Source: Epithemia pelagica (taxonomy: Eukaryota; Protista; Bacillariophyta). From it: DNA of 64,000 bases. The translations under genes were made by a program, and so were the position numbers. A model generated the notes under the pieces. It worked only from the letters and a program-made list of their open reading frames with translations, was not told where the DNA came from and searched no databases. The DNA lies in assembly GCA_946965045.2 (NCBI GenBank), contig OX337239.1:992001-1056000 (forward strand). The letters are read 5' to 3'. Position 1 is the stretch's first letter. The number at the start of each line of letters is the position of its first letter. This document shows positions 57,484 to 64,000 of the stretch, in pieces.

Positions 57484-58509
57484 CACTAAGCCATTCACGC
57501 CATCATATGCCCCATCGACGAAGAGAACTCAACAGAAACAATGGTCTACGAAGAGTATAGATATCTTAGAACTACTCATAGAGTTGTCGTTTGGTTGTGA
57601 TTGCAACCGGTATGTACGAGTAAAGTTCTTCGATTTGCTACCATGGATCCAATTGACGATCACTTTTGCCTTCAAGAATCGGTGAATCACCACACTACGA
57701 ATGTGGAATGGGCGAGCGAGTCAAAGTGGCCATGAAAACGACCACCCTGGGAAATGGCTATGTCATCTGCATCAATTTAACGCATTTGATGGATTGCGAT
57801 GGCTGTATCGTTCGGTTGATTCCATCCGCGGGACATATTTCTCGCTTTTGCAGCCGTCCGATCTTTTGTGATGGAGCCTTCTTCTATGCCGTTCTCCCCC
57901 CGCGCGATTCTGCGCATGACTGGCCTCCAGTCGCAGTTCCGGTGTGATTCCCGTTCTGGGAGTACGCGCACTTCCCAGATGATTTGTACAATAGGAGTAC
58001 AATATTTATACAGTCAACGCGCGGCGAAACGATATTGCTTGTTGCACTCCCCACAAAACTGGCGGACGTTTGACTCTTTATCAGCACCTTCTTCAAGGAC
58101 CCAGGTGCGCAGTCGGACCGTTTGGAGGAAGGAGAACAACATATTTCAGCACGGAGGGTCAACATCTTAGCAGTCCATCTTCGCGCACGCTGAATTTTCT
58201 GCGATAAACAATACTCGTGCCTTTTCTACTGTAATGCCAACGCTCCAGAACTCCGGTGAAATCCACGATGCGCCGTATCTTTGGTCGTTGGAGCTTGTAC
58301 CTAAAAAATACCATGTCATTATTGCAGTTGGAGATCTGATTTATGTTTGATGCAAGATCAATCGACGCAAGCAACACAAGAGCACTTTTCAGAGAGGTAA
58401 CACGTTCAGGGACAAGCAAACACTTGCGCCCAGTCTCAGCATCCCTTGTGTTTGTGATTTGTGTTCCTTGTTCGTCCCGAAAATCCTTCTCAGGGGGAGG
58501 ATAATATAC

Positions 58510-59991
58510 ATGGTGTATTCAGATGCTGCCATTCTCGCTGCCGCAGCCAAATGGAGCTCCTCAAACCCACGGGGCAGGTCTCGTGAAAGAGAGCAGCGGA
58601 GGAAACCAGAGCTCATAATGGCGTTACCACACGACAAAGACGCTGGCGACAAATCGCAAGGAATCTCCCGAAGGGGCGCTGCGAGCACGGCACATTCTCG
58701 GCAGACCCACAAGAAGTCGGAAAATGGAAATCGGCCCGAACAGCGCGAACCAGAGCCCTCCTCTGCAGTTGAACGACAAGACCTTCTGGGAGTGGAGGTA
58801 TTACTTGAGGACAAGCCTGAAGAGAATGAAGAAGGTGGAGAAATTCTTAACTCGATAGAAAGACGTGATGGGGATGACGCATCTACGCTTACTTCCAGGA
58901 GCCATTTGGATGACAACGCACAAGAGGAGGAAAAAAGCCTTGCCAAGGACAGTACATCTTCAACGAGCCGCGAACATGACCAACAAACTGTCGACTCGAA
59001 AGCAAGACGCCGTGTCAGTAAAAGAGATTCCGACGGAACAACGAGCATTGCGACTGACAACAAATCCGTTTCGGCAAAGGGCAGTGTGCATGATGATAAA
59101 TCCGTTTCTTCCAGGAGCCGCGCCGGTGACAATCATTCTGTTTCCGCCAAAAGTCGTTCGGGTTCCACATCTTCTGTCGCAAGGGCTAGAAGAGCAAAGC
59201 GAGAGGGTGTCAATGCCACTGCAAGGAACCGCAGGGAGAATTCCATTTCGGTTACAAGGAGACGACGTCAACAAAGTAAGTCTCCAGCCCAAAACCGTCA
59301 TACGGTGACCTATATGAACGATAATGTCTCTGTTGTAAGAAGCCAAGCAAAGACAGAGGTACGACGCAACAGTTCTCCAAGGCGGTTTTTCCGCAACCGA
59401 AGAACGCAGAGCCTTCGTAAGCGCTCCACGAGTCGCGAAGGACGTTCTACGAGTGGGCGCTCTAAGCAAAACCGGCGACGAAGCCTTTCCCGGTCTAGGT
59501 CGCTCGACAAGAACGAACCTCTTGTAATTACGTCTCTTGTCGAAAAACAAGAATATGCTACCGGGTTGAACATTGTGGAACCCCACTCCTCTTCTGGAGG
59601 TTCAGTTCACAATCTTGACAAGGGAGATGCAGAGTCTCATTATTCTGCAAGTTCGAAGAAATCCAAAACGAGTGTATCATCCCGTCGAAGCAAAGCCAGT
59701 GGATCGCCTCAAAGACGACCGTCGCCTAGAAGGACCTGGAGTGGTAGACACTCGCCCAATCCACGTCAACGTTCGGCGAGTAGTGGTCGTCACTCCCCCG
59801 CCAGTCGTGTCGAACGTACGAAAAGCCAATCTCCTCGTCGCAGCCGAACCGGCACTCCACAAACTACGCAACGACAAGAAGCACTGGTCACAAGCCATCA
59901 CCATCAGAACCGTTCCTCTCGTCACCATCGGAGTTACGATGACGACAGCTTCTGCAATAGTTCGGATGCCACAAACCAGCAACAAGAGTAG
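58510..59991 (+). CDS. Ser/Arg-rich low-complexity hypothetical protein (3' end uncertain)
   Basis: Long ORF rich in RS/SR/SPRR dipeptides with acidic stretches; no domain recognised. Confidence 0.55.
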   Translation: MVYSDAAILAAAAKWSSSNPRGRSREREQRRKPELIMALPHDKDAGDKSQGISRRGAASTAHSRQTHKKSENGNRPEQREPEPSSAVERQDLLGVEVLLEDKPEENEEGGEILNSIERRDGDDASTLTSRSHLDDNAQEEEKSLAKDSTSSTSREHDQQTVDSKARRRVSKRDSDGTTSIATDNKSVSAKGSVHDDKSVSSRSRAGDNHSVSAKSRSGSTSSVARARRAKREGVNATARNRRENSISVTRRRRQQSKSPAQNRHTVTYMNDNVSVVRSQAKTEVRRNSSPRRFFRNRRTQSLRKRSTSREGRSTSGRSKQNRRRSLSRSRSLDKNEPLVITSLVEKQEYATGLNIVEPHSSSGGSVHNLDKGDAESHYSASSKKSKTSVSSRRSKASGSPQRRPSPRRTWSGRHSPNPRQRSASSGRHSPASRVERTKSQSPRRSRTGTPQTTQRQEALVTSHHHQNRSSRHHRSYDDDSFCNSSDATNQQQE

Positions 59992-60344
59992 CACCAAGTA
60001 CCTTGTGTCACGAGGATTTCAAGATATTCAAGACTATGTGGATCGGAAAATGGCCACACAAGAACTCTACTCACGGAGGAGCACATCAGAGGATGATACT
60101 AGCCCAAAAAGCTTCTCGCACGAACTTCCGGAAGAAGAACAGCAACTACGAGTATGCTCGTACGATGACAACGACGAACAAATTGAGGTTTCTCTGGCAT
60201 CGGCCAGCGACGACTACGACGACACGATTGAGACCAGAAGTGGAGAGGAAGACAGTGACTACCAAGCATTTTCCGGACGAGAACGACGACGACAATGGCA
60301 ACCGTAATGGTAAAAAACGATCGTGAATATTCAAGACATTCCAT

Positions 60345-60420
60345 CCACCAAGTTTGTCATATATACACCTACATCACGTTTCCACAAAGTTTGTCATATA
60401 TAAACCTACAGGACGTTTCC
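60345..60420. repeat. 37-bp tandem duplication
   Basis: CCACCAAGTTTGTCATATATACACCTACATCACGTTT / CCACAAAGTTTGTCATATATAAACCTACAGGACGTTT. Confidence 0.8.
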
Positions 60421-60729
60421 GACGCCCAGGGGGTTCCATGTGTTTGATTCGTTGCGCATTCAAGATTTAACACTGTGTCTCGATGGATTCATGTGTTAGT
60501 AGGAGTAGATTGGAAACAATCATTTAGAGGGGAACCAGAGAGATTCCGTGGTATTCGAAAGGTTTTATCGAGATAGAGCCTGTAGAGATGTTCGTTGCAT
60601 CAAGCTTTTGAGGAAAACATTGGAGCTGAACTATGGCAAAAACAGTCAGGACCGTGAACCCCAGTACATGTCCAACTGGAGAGCCCTAGACATCAGCGCA
60701 TCTGCCCTCTTTGATCTATTAGCACTCTG

Positions 60730-60749
60730 CCCCCCCCCCCCCCCCCCCC
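60730..60749. repeat. C20 homopolymer
   Basis: 20 consecutive C (G20 on the minus strand). Confidence 0.9.
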
Positions 60750-61391
60750 GACTTTGTAAGTTAGGTTTGCTCCTACAGGAGCATACCATAGTCTCAGAAT
60801 GACCGAAGGTGCCATGGTGGTCATGACCGTATCGGTCATCCATGCACGAATTTCATGCAACCATCCATGGATGCTTTTCCGTCTTCCCAAGGACCACATC
60901 ATTCTTGGTCTTGCAACGATGTCCTTCGGCTTCACAAACATGACTTATCTGGGCGGGATATAAGTATTGTTTACTTTATTGAGGAGGAGTATGATAGATT
61001 ATGGAAGTGGTACTCCTAGGAGTAGATTAGAAGAGGGTCTCATGGTTATGACGATACTCCTCTACTAGGAGTACCTACCTATCCGTAGGTAGGTAGCTCT
61101 GCTATTGTTTGTTGCGCCATAATTCTTCAGTGGCAGGCGCGAATTTGGCTTAAGTCTGTCACGTGTCACGTTCCCCCCAAAATCTATGACAAGGCAATTA
61201 TAAACCCATGTGTGTGTGTACTCCTATTGTAAGATTGTAACGATGGCATTGGATTTGGATGTCTCCTTCCCGTTTCCGAATGATGCCTGTCAACGAAAAG
61301 AATGAGCAGTCCGTTGCACCCAAGATTTGTGTGCAGTTTTTGAAGAGAGCGTGAAATTCCCCGCTGTGTTTGAATAACAACATTGACCAGC

Positions 61392-64000
61392 ATGGTGGCT
61401 TCATCGGCCTCTATTATGGATGACCGATCGAGTGCATACGATCGCTACAAAAAGACGACTCGCTCCTTTCGTGATAGACTCGCATCTCTAGTGCCCTTCC
61501 CCCTCGTTTCTGTCTCCGATCTGTACAGAGCTGCAAATCATGCCTACAATGCGGTTCTAATGGCCTGCAAGAATGGTGGACCGCCGACACGGACCGCCTC
61601 CAGATTGACGAGTTTGGAATTCCACTGCACAATCTTACAAGAGTTGACCGAGACTATTACGTTGCGAGAACATGTTGGCTCAACTTACTCAGACGACTAT
61701 AATGATGGCCACAAATACATCATCAAGGTGCTTCATCGTTGCCGACAAAAACTCAAGGCATCCCAACAAACACTTCGTCGTGCTTACGGAGAACAAAAGC
61801 TCCAAAAGACGAGCGCTTCTGCTGGAGAGATTGGGGACAAGGAAAACCGTAACGGTCAGCATGCAGACAATCGTAGTTACGGATTTGAATCGCTACGTAT
61901 CGAAAACGATGAGGACTTCTCGGATGAGGAGGATGATTCTGACGACGACCGTGACTCTCCCTCGGCCAGTGACGAAGAATTGCACCCCAAGGACATCATT
62001 CATGATGTACAGGAATGCAAGAAATACTCGATCGAAGACGATCTCATCAAGGGATCCCTTGCCTTTCAAGCAAACATGTTCTTCATCGATGCAGAAGGCT
62101 TGTTTTCAATCGCCGTAAATGCGTACAAAGAGCTCGACCAAAAGCTTTCCGAAACGAGTGATCATGGACAACATGCTACTGCCATCCTTCAAGCTACAGC
62201 TGTTATCAACCTTGTTCTCGAAAACGTGGTTCGCTTAGAGAAATCCTTGCATCTCGAGTCCGGGACGTTCGAAAACATATATCAAGTTTTTGCTGTTTTG
62301 ATCTTCCAGAGGCAGATTTCCGAGATGGAAGCCATTCTTGGTCAGGCGATTGTCGCCAAGAATCCGAAGACGTGCCTATCCATCTGTGGTCAATCTATCC
62401 GCTTTGGTTTGCTTTCCACGGATGCATTGTACGCTAGCCCTATGTACACTGGGTTGGTTAAAGATCTTTTGTCCGCCTCTCGGCTCAAAGGTAAACTCAA
62501 GCCGAGAGCCGATGATATCGAAGCGATTATCAAGCTTGGACAACAGATTAGTTGTACCACCCAGATGGAGAGCTTTCATGGAGAAAGTCTGCCCGAAGTC
62601 TTGGAACATGCAAGAGATTTGGAGAGCAACGGGCCTGCAATCGATGCGAAAACAGGAGCCGATCGTGATAGATGGCCTGATGGCTCGTGGTCTACCGCTT
62701 TTTACACCGATGGTGACAAGAATACGCCCGTTTGTGTTTCAGTCAGTATCACGAACGAAAATGGTGAAGTGGGCAGTACGCTTCAATGCCTCCCACTGCA
62801 ATGGCTGAAAAGCTACAAGCTGCTTGGAGGGAAGAAAGGCATTATGAGCACTTTTGCCTTTGTGGGTTCCTTTCACTTTGAACTCGAAAAGCCGAACTTC
62901 GAATTCTTCACTGGGAATCAATCGTCCCCTCTTGGCGCTTTTTCGAGGCTTCCATATGCGTTGTGGAAGATGTACAACAGCGAAAATGGATACAGCTACG
63001 CCCTTCGAACGGTTCTAGGCGAGGCGTTCTACTCCAAGTTCACACCTTTCTACAAAATTTTCGGGGATTCATCCCCAGAGTACAAAGATGACCGTGTGGT
63101 ATTAAAAGGCACTGACTTTGCAACAGTCTTTGCGGCCCATGCTCTGGTATATGGAGTGCTGACTCTTCATGGTCAATGCAAACGAATCTCAGTTATTGCC
63201 AGCCTAGCTTCGTGCAAGTTTGAACAACATGTAAAAGGGCTTGAAAACTCAAGCTTCATGGAGAGGCTCAATCAGACGCACCATGATTTTTATGACAATG
63301 CGCATATTGTTTTTGGGACTTTGGCCACCTTCGACAAATGGTTTGGGATTTGTGCCCCTTTGTTGGCAGGAAACTTGCTTTCCGTGACAACTTTTGTTAC
63401 AAGCCTCAACTGGGGTTTTGACGTTCGGATAGAAAGCTTCTCGAGGAGAACTGTTTTGCACCTGTATAACGCGCTGCGCCAGATTGGAATGGTGCCACGA
63501 ATCGAATTCCTGGATACTCTTTTGGAGCTCTTTAGCAATGACATTTGGCCCGTCCATGGTAGACCAGAAGCGATGGGTTTCTTGAAAGCTTTCTTGATGA
63601 TAAATGGCGATTCCAGCCGTGTTGTGGATCGCGTGCTTGATTTCATGGAAGTCGACGATTCCGACCAAGATCGAATCCTTGGAGAACTTGGGTACTCGTC
63701 AGATAGACGTCGAAGCACAGCCCCAAAGCCTCATTCGGATCAGTACCTTTTTGAGAGGGTTACGCATTTATTCCGGATACGAAACCGCTGCCATTCGGTT
63801 CGGCCCAGAACACGCGGGGTCCACGGTGCCGACCTCAGTCCCGCTTTTACTGCCGTTGTGAAGAGGAAAGGACTAAAGAGAACATCTAAGAGCGGAAACG
63901 ACTATGACCTTGTGAAAAGTTGCTCGGAACGTGCAGACTTCTTGAAGAAAGCGATCAGTGAGGATCAAGCTCGGCTCCGTCTGAATTGGGTAAAAGTTGG
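61392..64000 (+). CDS. DUF6604-like large protein, 3'-truncated (absent from the ORF track because there is no stop in the window)
   Basis: Manual translation from ATG 61392 appears to stay open to the window end. N-terminal AYDRYKKTT...LTETITLREHVGSTYSDDYNDGHKYIIKVL resembles the DUF6604 pattern. Later acidic linker and LHLYNALRQ helix. Confidence 0.65.
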   Translation, partial: MVASSASIMDDRSSAYDRYKKTTRSFRDRLASLVPFPLVSVSDLYRAANHAYNAVLMACKNGGPPTRTASRLTSLEFHCTILQELTETITLREHVGSTYSDDYNDGHKYIIKVLHRCRQKLKASQQTLRRAYGEQKLQKTSASAGEIGDKENRNGQHADNRSYGFESLRIENDEDFSDEEDDSDDDRDSPSASDEELHPKDIIHDVQECKKYSIEDDLIKGSLAFQANMFFIDAEGLFSIAVNAYKELDQKLSETSDHGQHATAILQATAVINLVLENVVRLEKSLHLESGTFENIYQVFAVLIFQRQISEMEAILGQAIVAKNPKTCLSICGQSIRFGLLSTDALYASPMYTGLVKDLLSASRLKGKLKPRADDIEAIIKLGQQISCTTQMESFHGESLPEVLEHARDLESNGPAIDAKTGADRDRWPDGSWSTAFYTDGDKNTPVCVSVSITNENGEVGSTLQCLPLQWLKSYKLLGGKKGIMSTFAFVGSFHFELEKPNFEFFTGNQSSPLGAFSRLPYALWKMYNSENGYSYALRTVLGEAFYSKFTPFYKIFGDSSPEYKDDRVVLKGTDFATVFAAHALVYGVLTLHGQCKRISVIASLASCKFEQHVKGLENSSFMERLNQTHHDFYDNAHIVFGTLATFDKWFGICAPLLAGNLLSVTTFVTSLNWGFDVRIESFSRRTVLHLYNALRQIGMVPRIEFLDTLLELFSNDIWPVHGRPEAMGFLKAFLMINGDSSRVVDRVLDFMEVDDSDQDRILGELGYSSDRRRSTAPKPHSDQYLFERVTHLFRIRNRCHSVRPRTRGVHGADLSPAFTAVVKRKGLKRTSKSGNDYDLVKSCSERADFLKKAISEDQARLRLNWVKV

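Noticed and set aside
57600-58420. Protein-like minus-strand fragments between SMARCAD1 and the SR-rich gene
   Set aside because: Several frames with stops and no identifiable homology.

Overview
Gene-dense, intron-containing eukaryotic nuclear DNA, almost certainly from a pennate diatom. Evidence: short GT-AG introns, signal peptide + 'AF' bipartite plastid presequences, diatom-style low-complexity proteins. About 24 host genes and one probable pseudogene can be modelled by hand-splicing the ORF track. These include a BT1 folate-biopterin transporter, two head-to-head divinyl reductase (DVR) paralogues, a Psb34-like PSII protein, an FLVCR-like MFS transporter, class II DAHP synthase, a divergent Hsp70-fold protein, an MDR oxidoreductase, FAM151/menorin, ACBP-ankyrin, DUF445, a PDZ protein, an RraA/HMG-aldolase-like protein, a TLC gene plus a degenerate tandem copy, a vacuolar sorting receptor, an IBTK-like protein, a SMARCAD1/Fun30 remodeller and a DUF6604-like ORF running off the end. 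Highlights: (1) a complete, apparently intact 3,005-bp two-ORF PHIS/Harbinger-type DNA transposon with perfect 17-bp TIRs and an AAT target-site duplication; (2) an inverted DVR duplication with asymmetric divergence, within a run of five consecutive plastid-targeted host genes; (3) a membrane-anchored Hsp70 NBD-only protein with degenerate ATPase motifs. No rRNA, tRNA or CRISPR was found. All family calls are by motif recognition; no database searches were run.
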